From Pelagomonas calceolata (taxonomy: Eukaryota): DNA of 64,000 nt. The stretch is taken from the NCBI GenBank assembly GCA_918797485.1, contig CAKKNE010000001.1, forward strand, positions 2,480,001 to 2,544,000, in the 5' to 3' direction. Within the stretch, counting starts at the first letter, position 1, and each line of letters begins with the position of its first letter. The position numbers were made by a program, and so were the translations under genes. This document shows, one piece after another, positions 20,226 through 30,906 of the stretch. Under the pieces are notes generated by a model. The model made no database searches and was not told the origin of the DNA. It worked only from the letters and a program-made list of their open reading frames with translations.

Positions 20226-22925
20226 ATGGCGGCGGTAGCCCAACATCCACAACCGAAGGCCATGAGCGCGGACGAGCTCGCGCGCTCGCTGCGGGCGCAC
20301 CTCGAGCGCCGCGGCGTCCTGCGCGGCCTCACGGCTCGTTTAAGAAGGGACATCACGCTCGAAGTAAGAGGGCAGCGCGGCGACGGGCCGCAGCCGTCGT
20401 CGTCGCAGCAAAGGCTGCGGGACTCGGTCATCGCCGAGGCGCTGCGGACGCAGCACACGGGCAACGCCTACGCCGTCTTCGTGCCCGAGAGCTCGCTCGG
20501 CGAGGAGCGGGCCTGCCTCGACCGCTCGGAATTAACGGAGGCGGTCGGGCCCTACGCGTCCACGGCGCTGGACAAGCTGATAGGAAGGGCCACGACCAAA
20601 ACCGTGGATGTGGAGACGAACACGACCATACGACCGGCCGGCGAAACATTGGGAGACCGCCTCGAGAGTGTCCGGCGGAAGTTTAGGGCTCTGTCCAAGG
20701 AGAAGGAGAACATCGAAAATGAAGCGACGCTCGAAGCCGAGGCTACGGCCGCGGCTATCGAGAGCGCCGAGGCCATCGTGAAGGCCAAGCGAGACGCCGA
20801 CGTCGAGGCGGACTACAAGCGGCTCCACGCGCGCTACCGCGACGAGCTCGATGCCTTGTCGCGGAACGTCCGGGCCGTCCTGCAGCGCGAGAGCGAGTCC
20901 CGCGAAGATGCTCAATCAGCCGCGGCGGATAGAGCAAGGGCGGACGCTGCGAGAGCGGAAGCCCGGAAGCACGAGGCCCAGGCGGAGCGGCTCCAGGCGC
21001 AGTTCGCGGCGGCCGTCGCGGACGCCAACGCCGCTAGGTCCGAAGTGTTGCACTTGCGGGAGGCGCTCGTGCTGCAGCGGGAGGACGCCGCGAGCCGAGC
21101 AAGGGTGCAGCTCGCGCAGGCCGAATTCGCGGCCGCCGAACGAAGAAAAACGGAGGACGAGCGCGCGCGCGCGTCGGAGCTCGCGGACGATCTAGCCGGT
21201 GATAGTCAAGTGCAGCTCGAGCCGAGCCGCGCCGGCCAGCTCTCGTCGTCCGAGGAGGCGATTGGCAGGCGGGCGGCGGCGGCGTTCCGCCTGGCCGGGA
21301 GGAATAGGAGAGAAGCCGTCTCCACGACGGTCGTCTTCGAGGCCCCCAAGGACCCCGTGCGGGCGCTGGACGCGGCCTTGGCCGCCGGCGACGCGGCCGA
21401 GCGCATGCGCGCCCAGGCGTGCGCGCAGCTGGACGCCGAGGTCGCGTCGAACGAGGAGCTGCGGAGCGAGTTAAGAGCCCTGCGGAACCTCGTGGACCAG
21501 AGCCGTGGCGCGCTGGACGCGTTAGCCAGGGAGCCGCCGTCGGCGTTCTCGCGCGTCCACGTCGTCGCCAAGCCGCCGCCGCCGCCGCCGTCGCGTTCTG
21601 TGATAGAGGCGGGCCCGCCGCGGTTCCAGCTCGTGGACACGCGCGACCTGTACGCGTCGCGGCGGCGCGCGGTGCCGGACGACGACGACGACGACGGCGA
21701 GCTCGCCGCGCTGCAGGAGCGCCGGGCCAAGGCCCTCGCGCGGGCCAAGGCCGACGCCGAGGCCGCGGAGGCCGAGGCCGAGGCGTCGCTGCGGCGGCGC
21801 GAGGCGGCGCTCGTCGCGCGCGAGCGCGCCGCGGCGGCCGCGGTCTACGTCTCCCCGCCCGTCGCCGCCGCGCCGCCGCCGACCACGGTGTACGTCGCGC
21901 CGCCGGCCGCGCCGATGCCGGTCCCCGCCGCGCCGGTGGCCGCCGCGCCGGCGGCGGCCTCGCCGCCGGTGATCGCCGCGCCGGCGCCGGTCCCGCCGGT
22001 GGAACCGGTGGCCGCCGCGCCGCCGGTGCCCGCATCGCCGCCGGTGGCCGCGCCGCCGCCGATCGCGACCGAGCCGCCGCCGGTCTCGTTCCAGAAGCTG
22101 ACGGAGCCGGTCGCGCTCGGCGACACGTTCCGGTCCCACGTACCGGAACCCGACGAGGCCGTCGTGTCGCCGCCGGAGAAGCCGGCGAAGCCGCCGCCCG
22201 AGGACCGGTCGCCGCGGTCGCCGCGGTCGCCGCGCGTGCGGGGCGGCATGCTCGACGACGACGACGAGTCGAGCGACGGCGAGCCCGAGGCCCCGGCGAT
22301 CTCGCCGCGGACGGCGGCGCGCCGCGAGAAGGCGCGCCTCGCCGCGGACCGCGAGGAGGCGGAATACGTGGCGACGAAGGCCCTGGCCGACGCCGAAGCG
22401 CGGCGACTGGACCGGGAGCAAAACGCCGAAAAGTACGCCGCCGAGGACGCGGCGCGCCGAGTCAGCGAGGCCGAGGCCAAGATTGGTGAAGCGGATGTCC
22501 TTCGCCTGCGAAAAGTTTACGAAGAGGCCTGCGACGCCGACGGGCGCCTCCCGGTCCCGAACCTGCTCACCGCGTTCGCGAAGCTGACGGGCACGAAGCC
22601 CCAATGGGAGGAGGGCGTGGCGCTCGCCGGCGGCCCGGGCGCGGTCGTGGCGTCCGCCGACGCCTTCGTCCTGCTGGCGAGCGCGCTCGACCCGGCGCAG
22701 TATACGCCGCCCGCCGAAACCGACGCCGACGCGATCTTTCGGAGGGTCATGGAGCAACGCAAGGCCGCGCGGCCCCAAGCGCCGCCGTCGCGATCGCCCT
22801 CGCGGAGCGACACGCGGAGCGACTCCCAGTCGGTCTCGGACGTCGCGCTCGACGCGGCGGACTCGCCGCGCGCGTCGCAGGCGTCGCCGCGCGCGTCGGA
22901 TGCCGGGTCCGACTTCTGGGGTTAA
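20226..22925 (+). CDS. OFD1-like centriolar protein (N-terminal LisH region, coiled coil, Pro-rich)
   Basis: MSADELARSL..LERRGVL..L.ARLR..DSVIAEAL...YAVFVPES resembles the OFD1/FOP N-terminus; long coiled coil follows. Confidence 0.6.
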   Translation: MAAVAQHPQPKAMSADELARSLRAHLERRGVLRGLTARLRRDITLEVRGQRGDGPQPSSSQQRLRDSVIAEALRTQHTGNAYAVFVPESSLGEERACLDRSELTEAVGPYASTALDKLIGRATTKTVDVETNTTIRPAGETLGDRLESVRRKFRALSKEKENIENEATLEAEATAAAIESAEAIVKAKRDADVEADYKRLHARYRDELDALSRNVRAVLQRESESREDAQSAAADRARADAARAEARKHEAQAERLQAQFAAAVADANAARSEVLHLREALVLQREDAASRARVQLAQAEFAAAERRKTEDERARASELADDLAGDSQVQLEPSRAGQLSSSEEAIGRRAAAAFRLAGRNRREAVSTTVVFEAPKDPVRALDAALAAGDAAERMRAQACAQLDAEVASNEELRSELRALRNLVDQSRGALDALAREPPSAFSRVHVVAKPPPPPPSRSVIEAGPPRFQLVDTRDLYASRRRAVPDDDDDDGELAALQERRAKALARAKADAEAAEAEAEASLRRREAALVARERAAAAAVYVSPPVAAAPPPTTVYVAPPAAPMPVPAAPVAAAPAAASPPVIAAPAPVPPVEPVAAAPPVPASPPVAAPPPIATEPPPVSFQKLTEPVALGDTFRSHVPEPDEAVVSPPEKPAKPPPEDRSPRSPRSPRVRGGMLDDDDESSDGEPEAPAISPRTAARREKARLAADREEAEYVATKALADAEARRLDREQNAEKYAAEDAARRVSEAEAKIGEADVLRLRKVYEEACDADGRLPVPNLLTAFAKLTGTKPQWEEGVALAGGPGAVVASADAFVLLASALDPAQYTPPAETDADAIFRRVMEQRKAARPQAPPSRSPSRSDTRSDSQSVSDVALDAADSPRASQASPRASDAGSDFWG

Positions 22926-24031
22926 CTTCCAGTTATTCCTAGCTTCCGCTGCATCTTCGCGAACTCGTCGTCGAGCCGGTCGTCGTCGCTGTCGTCGTCG
23001 CTGGACGCGTCGTCGAACCCGAAAAACGTTCGGGACGCCTCCGTCGTCTCGCGCGCGACGTCGGACGCGTCGCGCCCGAGCGCGTCGGCGAGCGCGCCGC
23101 AGACCGCCGGCAGGACGGCCGGCTCGTTCTTCCCGCCCCGCAGCCCGAGCCGCTTCTGGAGCGACGACGGGAGGTAGGCCTTGTCGGGGAGCATGAAGGG
23201 GGCGTCCGTCTCGAGCAGGAGCCGGCCCGCCAACCGGTCTTTTAAAGAGGCGACGGCCTCCCGCGTCGCGCCCGATCGCTTCGCGATGCCCAGGAAGCCC
23301 GTGAACCCGACGCGACACCCAAAGTCGACGAGCGCCGCGAGCTCGTCCGTACCTCCCGTGAAGCAGTGGACGCAGACCTTTTCCGGTATTAGTTGGGCCT
23401 CCGTCATCACCGCGACGGCATCCCTATAAGCTCCCAGCGCCTCCCCCTCTTCCTTTTCGCGGACGTGGACGAACAGCGACCGATCGAGTCGCTTCGCCAG
23501 GGCGCACTGCGCGCGAAACGCCGCCAATTGCACCTCGCGCGGCGAGAACATGCGGTCGTAGTCCAGCCCGCACTCGCCCATGGCGACGCAGAACGGCGAC
23601 GTCGATAATGCTTCCAGTTTCGAGAGCGTGTCATCGGTGAACTTCGAGGCGTCGTGCGGGTGGACGCCCGCCGTGAACCCGAGCTGCAAGGTTGACCCTT
23701 CGGCCGCCCAGCGCTCGCAGAAGTCTTTTCCAGCTGTCGACCCGTCGACGTCGCAGCCCGTCAAAACAACCGCCGCCACGCCCGCCAGCGACGCCCGTCG
23801 GAGCTGCCGCACGACGTCGTCGTAGGACCCGCGACTTTGCAAATTCGCGCCCGCGTCGATCAATGGCGCGATGCGGAACTCGCGCAGCGCTCTCGCTTCC
23901 TCCGCCGGGTCGCGCTGTTTCTTCTGCGTCTGCTGTACTTTCTTCTTGGGGTTCGCCGCGCGCTCGGCCCGCTTCGCGCGGCGTCGTCGTTCGATCTCCT
24001 CCGGCGACGGCTTCGCCGCGAGCGCCGACAT
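22922..24031 (-). CDS. TatD-family DNase
   Basis: IDAGANL, TAGVHPHDA, GECGLDY, FVHVRE, VHCFTG, LLETDAPF, NEPA. Confidence 0.92.
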   Translation of the reverse strand: MSALAAKPSPEEIERRRRAKRAERAANPKKKVQQTQKKQRDPAEEARALREFRIAPLIDAGANLQSRGSYDDVVRQLRRASLAGVAAVVLTGCDVDGSTAGKDFCERWAAEGSTLQLGFTAGVHPHDASKFTDDTLSKLEALSTSPFCVAMGECGLDYDRMFSPREVQLAAFRAQCALAKRLDRSLFVHVREKEEGEALGAYRDAVAVMTEAQLIPEKVCVHCFTGGTDELAALVDFGCRVGFTGFLGIAKRSGATREAVASLKDRLAGRLLLETDAPFMLPDKAYLPSSLQKRLGLRGGKNEPAVLPAVCGALADALGRDASDVARETTEASRTFFGFDDASSDDDSDDDRLDDEFAKMQRKLGITGS

Positions 24032-24686
24032 GGGGCGCGTCGCCGCGCGCAGCCAGCCCCGGCTCTGCGGTGGCCTGAGGAGCAGGAGCACCGCGGTGAT
24101 GCGGCGGTGCGCCAGGTTGGCGGTCCCGCACTGCTTGCTGTGCAGCAGTCGCGTTACGCGTCCTGCAGCTGCACAGCTTGGGGAGGCTGTGGCCTTGTGA
24201 CTCGCAGCGATTAGAGCAGTACTCGTCGATCGACACCAGAATCGCAAATTCTTATTGCTAGTCGCGCGCTTGTGGGCTGTGAGCACTGTGAGCACCGCAA
24301 ATAGCTCCGCAAATTGGAGCTCCGGAGTCTCAAGCCTTGCGAGCGGGTTTTGCGTGCTTTTTTTCTTCCGCCAGGGATCCGCAACCGGCCAAACACGGCC
24401 CCACTTGACGTTTTCGACGCGTCCGGACGAAAAGCCTGGGAGCAGCAGCACTCACGCTGTGCTTGGCGAGACGCGCTCAGACTGCTCAACCACGCGCAGT
24501 ACATCTGTACCAACGCCATCACTCGGTCTTTGACGACGAGCACGCCTCGAAACGCTGCGCATCGCTCTCTAGCTGAGAGAGCAGCAAGCACAGTCAGCAC
24601 CACTGACTGAAGACACGGCGCGCACGGCCCTAGCCCTCCTACTCACGCGGCACACCATAGCCCTCGCACCGCGCAACGTACGAACC

Positions 24687-26012
24687 ATGGGCGTCCCCAT
24701 CCTCGAGTCCACGGACATCAAAGCGGGCGACTCGGAGACGTTGGATGATAAGGCGATGGCATTTGCTGGGGAGTGTCTGAGAAAAGTCCAACAGGGTGGC
24801 GCCGAGGCCGTGGCCGAGTACGCTCAGAGGTTTGGGGAATTAACCGAGGGCCAGTCCGCCGTCGTGCAGAAAGCCGAGCTCAAGGCCGCTTATGACAGCT
24901 TGGATAGAAAAGATAGGGAATGCTTAGACAGGGTGGCAGCTCGGGTCAAGAAGTTCGCCACCTGTCAACGAAATTCCATTAAAGATATGGAGACGGACAT
25001 CCCCGGCGGGAAGGCGGGGCATACGGTGTCTCCGGTGGACGTCGCCGGGTGCTACGCTCCTGGTGGGAGATACCCTCTGCCCTCCTCCGTCATCATGACG
25101 GCGGCGACAGCAAGAGCTGCCGGCGTCAAGAAGGTTGTGGTCGCGTCGCCGAAGCCTCTACCCGTGACACTTGCGGCCGCGTACGTCTCTGGAGCGGACG
25201 TCATGCTGCGCATCGGCGGCGCGCACGCCATTGCCGCGTTAGCTACTGGTGCTTATGCTGGCGAGGGCGCGCCGCGCGCGGACGTGATCTGCGGCCCGGG
25301 TAACGCGTGGGTGACGGCCGCGAAGGCGTGCTGCGCGACCCATGCTCGAGTCGGTATTGATATGTTGGCCGGGCCTTCCGAGGTGTTGGTGGTCTGCGAC
25401 GAGACGGCGGACCCCGAAGTGGTCGCCTCTGATATGCTGGCCCAGGCGGAGCACGACGTCGTCGCGAGACCGATTCTCGTAACTTTCTCCAAGTACGGCA
25501 AGGCCACGGCACTCAAGCACATCCACGCCGTCAACGAAGCCTTGGATCGGCAGTTAGAAGTATTACCTACAAAAGCCGTGGCCGAGCCCGCGGTCAAAAG
25601 GGGCTTTGCCGTCGCGTGCAAGGACGTCGAGGAGGCCATCAGGGTGTCGGACGCCGTCGCCCCCGAGCACTTGGAAGTGATCTGTCGAGATGAAAGGACG
25701 ATCTCGAAGCGCATGAACCACTACGGGGGCCTGTTCATCGGCCGATGTGCGGCCGAGGTGCTCGGCGACTACGGGATCGGCCCGAACCACACGTTACCGA
25801 CCTCGGGCACGGCGCGCTACACGGGCGGTTTATGTGTCAACGACTTCCTGCGCATCCGCACGTGGATGCGTGTGGATGATAAAAAAGAAGCACAAGTCGC
25901 GGTCGAGGACGCGGTCCGGCTCGCGCGCATCGAGGGCCTCGAGGGCCACGCGCGCGCGGCGGAGCACCGTTTGGGTGGGGACGAGCCCGCGGCCAAGAAG
26001 GCGAAGAAGTAG
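24687..26012 (+). CDS. hisD: Histidinol dehydrogenase
   Basis: GCYAPGG, GPGNAWV, IDMLAGPSE, LAQAEHD, APEHLE, GDY.IGPNHTLPT, EGLEGHA. Confidence 0.95.
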   Translation: MGVPILESTDIKAGDSETLDDKAMAFAGECLRKVQQGGAEAVAEYAQRFGELTEGQSAVVQKAELKAAYDSLDRKDRECLDRVAARVKKFATCQRNSIKDMETDIPGGKAGHTVSPVDVAGCYAPGGRYPLPSSVIMTAATARAAGVKKVVVASPKPLPVTLAAAYVSGADVMLRIGGAHAIAALATGAYAGEGAPRADVICGPGNAWVTAAKACCATHARVGIDMLAGPSEVLVVCDETADPEVVASDMLAQAEHDVVARPILVTFSKYGKATALKHIHAVNEALDRQLEVLPTKAVAEPAVKRGFAVACKDVEEAIRVSDAVAPEHLEVICRDERTISKRMNHYGGLFIGRCAAEVLGDYGIGPNHTLPTSGTARYTGGLCVNDFLRIRTWMRVDDKKEAQVAVEDAVRLARIEGLEGHARAAEHRLGGDEPAAKKAKK

Positions 26013-26193
26013 TCGCGGCGGCGACGGGTTTCCCGACGGCGCGGGCGCGCGCGCCAATTGATAACGATAATGATAGTGACAAAAAAACCGCAGGAGGGCC
26101 GGGGGAAGCAGGGAGGCGGCGGCCTGGTGGCAAGGCGGCCTAGCTCTAAGCAAATCAACGTGTCACATATTTTAAGCCCGCGCGCGCCGGCGC

Positions 26194-27636
26194 CTAGTCG
26201 AAGACCTTGCCCGGGTTCATGACGCCGCGGGGGTCGAGCGCCGCTTTGATAGAGCGCATGGCGTCGATGGCCGCCGCGCCCTTCTCCCGTAACAGATAGG
26301 CCTTCTTGCCGGAGCCGACGCCGTGCTCGCCCGTGCACGTGCCTCCCGCCGCGAGCGTCCTTTCAATCAAATTCGCGTTCACTTGTTTGAGACGCTCGAG
26401 GTAGTCTTCATCATCATCGTCGTTGTAGACGAGGATGCAGTGGAAGTTCCCATCTCCGGCGTGGCCAAAACAGGGTCCGACGACATTGTTCTCCTTCACG
26501 TCGCGTGACGTCGCCTGGATGAGGCCCGGTAATTGCGACACGGGAACACAAGCGTCCGTGACGATGGCCCTTCCATTGGTCTTCAGCGCGCATGACGCGT
26601 AGTAGAGCTCGTGGCGCGCCTTCCAGAGCTCGTCCCTTTCACTTTCGTCCTGGCTCCGCTTGATATCGCGGCCGCCGCAGTCGGCGCATAATTCCAAAGC
26701 GAGCTCCGTGTGCGCCGCGACGGCTTCGGAGGTAGGGCCGTTGAACTCGAGGAACAGACTCGGGCAGCTCTCCTCGTTTCTTTTACTAAATGCGTTGAAG
26801 GCGTCGATGGCCGTCGCATCCAGTAATTCGCAGCGCGCGACGCTGACGCCGTGCAGCAACAGAGCCTGGACGGCGTCCGCCGCCTCCTCGAGCGAGTCGA
26901 AGCGCGCCGTCGCCGCCTCGACGCACATGGGCACCGGGTGCAAGCGTAGCGCGACCTCCGTAATCACGCCAAGAGTGCCCTCGCTGCCCAGGAACAGCTT
27001 CGTCAGATCATACCCTGCGGACGACTTCCTTGCTCGCGAGCCCGTCTCCAGGACCGTGCCGTCGGCTAGAACGGCGGTCAACCCGAGCACGTTGTCGCGC
27101 ATCGTGCCGTACCTTACAGACGTCGTGCCCGACGCGCCGCAGGCCGCCATGCCGCCGATCGTCGCGTCGGCGCCGGGGTCCACGGGGAAGTGGAGACCCG
27201 TGTGGCGCAGCGCGGAGTTCACGGCCTTGCGGGTCATGCCGGCTTGGACGCGGCAGTCCAAATCTTCGGGGTGCTCGGCGACCATCTGGTCGAGCTTGGA
27301 CACGTCGACGCAGACGCCGCCGCGCGACGCCTGGATGTGGCCCTCGAGGGACGTGCCCGCGCCGTAGGGCACGACGGCGATGGACTGCTCGTTGCACAGT
27401 TTTAGTATAGCGGCCACCTCCTCCGTGCTCTCGGGGAACGCGACGACCTCGGGCGGAATTGGTTCGTGGTGGCTCTCGTCGTCTCCATGTAATTTGCGCA
27501 CGTCGGGCGATTGCGACGTTGTGGCCAGAGCTTCCAACGAGGCGAGGAAGGCGTCGTCGACGGTCTTTTGTGCGGCCGCCGTCGACTGGTGGCGCAGCCG
27601 CGGCGCGCGACGGAGGACTTGTAGTGCAGCCCGCAT
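26194..27636 (-). CDS. FAD-linked D-lactate dehydrogenase (cytochrome), mitochondrial
   Basis: GAGTSLEGH, FPVDPGADATIGGM, KSSAGYDL, GSEGTLG, GHAGDGNFH, GEHGVG, MNPGK. Confidence 0.92.
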   Translation of the reverse strand: MRAALQVLRRAPRLRHQSTAAAQKTVDDAFLASLEALATTSQSPDVRKLHGDDESHHEPIPPEVVAFPESTEEVAAILKLCNEQSIAVVPYGAGTSLEGHIQASRGGVCVDVSKLDQMVAEHPEDLDCRVQAGMTRKAVNSALRHTGLHFPVDPGADATIGGMAACGASGTTSVRYGTMRDNVLGLTAVLADGTVLETGSRARKSSAGYDLTKLFLGSEGTLGVITEVALRLHPVPMCVEAATARFDSLEEAADAVQALLLHGVSVARCELLDATAIDAFNAFSKRNEESCPSLFLEFNGPTSEAVAAHTELALELCADCGGRDIKRSQDESERDELWKARHELYYASCALKTNGRAIVTDACVPVSQLPGLIQATSRDVKENNVVGPCFGHAGDGNFHCILVYNDDDDEDYLERLKQVNANLIERTLAAGGTCTGEHGVGSGKKAYLLREKGAAAIDAMRSIKAALDPRGVMNPGKVFD

Positions 27637-27981
27637 GATCGGCGCACGTGATCAGCGCACGTATGCGACGTATCCAGATGTGCTGTCCGGAAGCTGGTCC
27701 GGAGAGCTATGATGTCAGTTAATTAGACGGCTCGTTTTTTTGTGTTGCTATGACACGCGGTGCACGATACGACTCGCGTCTTGCAGCTTCCAGTGAAAGG
27801 CGCGTCGCGCACGACGCACGACGTGAGCGTAACCTAGTGTGTTACTACCGCTAATCATCAGTGGCTTGGAAGTTTTGGTCGGTCGGGCAGGTGATGAGTC
27901 AGTTCGGCAATGAGCCAGTTTGAGGAGATCCCGTCCCCGGGGCGCGGCTTCCAGGGCTCCCGTGTTTAGGAAATCCCGCGC

Positions 27982-28009
27982 GCTAGCGGCCTGTAAGACA
28001 CTAGCAAGC
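27982..28009 (-). promoter_or_regulatory. CTAG-bounded upstream motif
   Basis: Reverse complement GCTTGCTAGTGTCTTACAGGCCGCTAGC (consensus), 346 bp upstream of ATG 27636(-). Confidence 0.7.
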
Positions 28010-28205
28010 AGTGGCTCGTGCCGACAGGACTGGATCGTGCCATCTCGTCTCATCCGACCAGGAGCGAGAGCACTAAGCAGGGAAAGCGGAGAAGTCGAGA
28101 AGTCACACACGGAAGTCCTTACGAAGCCGTCTTTAGCCTTGTGTACAAGCTAGCTCTCAGCACAGCCAGCACACCACACGGGGGCGCAAAAACACGCTTG
28201 ATACG

Positions 28206-28622
28206 ATGTGCGGCGGCCACGCGGACGAACCAGTGGCTGGATTCGCCGAAGGCGACGTCGTGCGGTTAGATTACGAAGAGAAGAACGTACGGGGCCGCGT
28301 CGGCCGCGTCGGCAAGACGAACCCTGAGTGGGGCCTGCGCATCGACTGGCCCGACGAGACGCTGGAGCCCGTTTGGGTGCCCTGGCTGGCCTTCCAGGAC
28401 TTAGACTACTTCGCCCGGATCCGTCTTCGATTGGTGGACGAGTCGTTGCTGACGGACGCACGGATAGACGGCGAGGCCGCCCGCACGAGCTACGTGGACT
28501 TCGGCGAGGGCTGGCTCAAGCAGCCGGTCATCATGAAGCGGCCGCGCTCGCCCGACCGCGACGACGACGCGCCACCGCCGGCGCTCCGGCCACGGACCGC
28601 GACCATCCCATTCGTGGACTGA
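28206..28622 (+). CDS. Hypothetical protein (SH3/Tudor-like beta pattern)
   Basis: 138-aa ORF with coding-like composition (FAEGDVVRL..GRVGRV..LRIDWPD). Confidence 0.55.
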   Translation: MCGGHADEPVAGFAEGDVVRLDYEEKNVRGRVGRVGKTNPEWGLRIDWPDETLEPVWVPWLAFQDLDYFARIRLRLVDESLLTDARIDGEAARTSYVDFGEGWLKQPVIMKRPRSPDRDDDAPPPALRPRTATIPFVD

Positions 28623-28748
28623 TAAGTTTCTTGAAACTAATCGATGCGCTCTAGTGTGTGGGGCTGTGCGCGGGTTTTGACACGCACGCTATCGACGCGA
28701 GCACGCATGCGTGGCACCCAACTAAATGAAAGCTCGGTATACACGTCC

Positions 28749-29426
28749 CTACTTAGCCTCCTCCTTCCGCAGCGCCGCGACGCGCGCCTCGAGCGCGCGG
28801 TGCCGTTCCAGCCGCTCGACGACGGCCCGCTCCGCCCTTACTATGTCGGGCCCGAGCTTCGCCTGGTCGCGCTTCCGCTTCAAATTGATCTGCTCGGCCT
28901 CGCGCTCCTTGCCTTCGGCCAGCGCCGCGACCTGCGCGTGCAGCCGCCCCAGGTCGTGCACGTGGCGCCGCCACGTATGTTCCGAGAAGGATTCGGCGAG
29001 CTCGAGGTTCACCACCCGATTCGCCTGGTGTTCTAGTTGCGCGCGCACGTTCGTCCGCGCGCTCTTCCACGCCTCCGGATCCTGCTCGGTCGGCGGCGCG
29101 CAGGAGTAGCGCTCGATGGCCAAGGGTGCGAGGTCCTCGTCCCGGTCGCAGCGCGCGAACTCGGCCGCCATTATTGATGAATCGCGCGGCGGCCGCAGCG
29201 CGGGCAGCCGCGGCGGCGCGCCGGGGTTTTGCCGCAGCTCCTCCTCGACTAATTGTTGGGCGGCCTGCTCCGCCGCCGGATCCACGGGCTCCTGGTAGCC
29301 CATGGCGTCGCATAATAAAGCGCCGCTCCGGAGCGACGCCGAGGCGACGTCATCGTCCGGCGCATGCGTTTGTTGCCGCGCGGCGAGGGTCGTCGTATTT
29401 TGGCGCTTGGCGAGGGCGGTGCTCAT
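28749..29426 (-). CDS. BCAS2: Pre-mRNA splicing factor SPF27/BCAS2
   Basis: DAMGYQE..AQQLVEEE, ERY..P, W......AQLEHQ..R..NLEL.....W, INLKRKRDQ. Confidence 0.85.
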   Translation of the reverse strand: MSTALAKRQNTTTLAARQQTHAPDDDVASASLRSGALLCDAMGYQEPVDPAAEQAAQQLVEEELRQNPGAPPRLPALRPPRDSSIMAAEFARCDRDEDLAPLAIERYSCAPPTEQDPEAWKSARTNVRAQLEHQANRVVNLELAESFSEHTWRRHVHDLGRLHAQVAALAEGKEREAEQINLKRKRDQAKLGPDIVRAERAVVERLERHRALEARVAALRKEEAK

Positions 29427-29615
29427 CTTTGCTGGTGGCCTGCTCGACGGCGGCGCTTGGGCTGATTGACGGCGAGGCTGGTGACTGCTTGACTGCGTGA
29501 CTGCTGCGCGACGGCGCGACGGTGAGCTGTCCGTATCTGCCTGCGGTAGCTGCGAGGTGCCGCCGTCACTTTTTAAGCGTGATTTTGCTCACTTAGGCCT
29601 TCACTTTTGCGGCGT

Positions 29616-29643
29616 GCTTGCTAGTGTCTTACAGGACGCTAGC
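29616..29643 (+). promoter_or_regulatory. CTAG-bounded upstream motif
   Basis: GCTTGCTAGTGTCTTACAGGACGCTAGC, 277 bp before RPB6 ATG. Confidence 0.7.
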
Positions 29644-29844
29644 TCGAGCCGGGAGAGTCTGGGGAGACAGCGTTCAGCAAAGCGAGCGTATCGACTGAAG
29701 GTCTCTACACGTATCGCTTTAGCCAGTGCTTCCGACACCACATCGCTTAACCGCCGCGAGACGCCGCGAGACGCCACAGCGAGACCTCGCCGCCAGCGCT
29801 CGCTCGCAAATAGCACCGCTGCGCAGCGCCGGGCGCACGCACGC

Positions 29845-29903
29845 CAGCCGCCGCGACGTAAAAACAGTCGCCGCGACGTAAAACAGCCGCTGCGACGTAA
29901 AAA
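29845..29903 (+). repeat. 3x ~20-bp tandem repeat just upstream of RPB6
   Basis: CAGYCGCYGCGACGTAAAA x3. Confidence 0.8.
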
Positions 29904-29919
29904 GGCCTCGTTACCGACG

Positions 29920-30279
29920 ATGGCCGACCTCGCCCCCATGGACCAGGACGAGGACATGGCCGACGGCCCGCCCGACGACGGCGTCGACATTTTGGAGGAG
30001 GCCGCGCCGGACGAGGACGAGGCGAAGCCCACGAAGCCGAACGCGGTCCGGGTGACGACGCGCTACATGACGAAGTACGAGAAGGCGCGCGTGCTGGGCA
30101 CGCGAGCCCTGCAGATCTCGATGAACGCCCCGGTGCTCGTCGACGTGGCCGGCGAGACGGACCCCCTGAAAATCGCCAACAAGGAGCTGCGCGACCGCAA
30201 GATTCCGCTCGTCGTGCGGCGGTACCTGCCCGACGGGTCCTACGAGGACTGGCCCATCCGCGACCTGATCATCGACTAA
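29920..30279 (+). CDS. RPB6: RNA polymerases I/II/III shared subunit RPABC2
   Basis: [52 protein letters not shown]. Confidence 0.97.
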   Translation: MADLAPMDQDEDMADGPPDDGVDILEEAAPDEDEAKPTKPNAVRVTTRYMTKYEKARVLGTRALQISMNAPVLVDVAGETDPLKIANKELRDRKIPLVVRRYLPDGSYEDWPIRDLIID

Positions 30280-30691
30280 TAATAATGTTCAGGGGTGTGC
30301 GTGTGCGCGTGCGCTCACGATATCACTCGTGTCGCCACGCACGCGCGGTCCCAGCGGCTGCGCCTGGGCCACAACAACAACAGGCCCGGCAGGCGGTGCT
30401 CAGCCGCCCGGCCGCGCGTGGGGCGGCTCTTTCTCGGGCGCTGGCGGCGGCGGCGGCATACTGATGCGCAGTCATCGACATACATCCCTATCTCCTTCCC
30501 CGTTCCCTCCCCCGTTCTGGCCCATCGTGACACTACGCACGCGCAAGTCGGAACTTCCGGAAGCTCGCGGAGCGGTACTTGGGGGGCGCGGCGGCGACGA
30601 CTGACGGCTCAGAGACCGAAGTCTAGGGGGGGGGGCTTAGCACGCGCATGTGCATATGTCCGTTTACTACTCGGGAGAAGGAGGACTATGG

Positions 30692-30863
30692 TTAGTCGAT
30701 GTTACGGTGCTAGGACTAGTGGGCGGAGCCCCTGGGGGGGAGACACCGCGCGTCGCCGATTCATCGGCGGCGGGCGCGGGCCGCTTCTTTCATAACAGCG
30801 TACCTCCTTCTAAGCAGAACCGCCTCGGCAACCCCCCCCGAACAATGTGCAACGTTCGCCCGT
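30692..30863 (-). mobile_element. Family A element, flanked by 7-bp direct repeat
   Basis: Inverted near-identical match to 17061-17240; ACTATGG at 30685-30691 and 30864-30870. Confidence 0.75.
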
Positions 30864-30881
30864 ACTATGGGCCAAGCTCTG

Positions 30882-30906
30882 GCTAGTGTCTTTACAGGTC
30901 GCTAGC
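30882..30906 (+). promoter_or_regulatory. CTAG-bounded upstream motif
   Basis: GCTAGTGTCTTTACAGGTCGCTAGC, 163 bp before ATG 31069. Confidence 0.65.

Noticed and set aside
24687..27636. Operon or metabolic cluster (hisD and D-LDH)
   Set aside because: Convergent orientation and unrelated pathways
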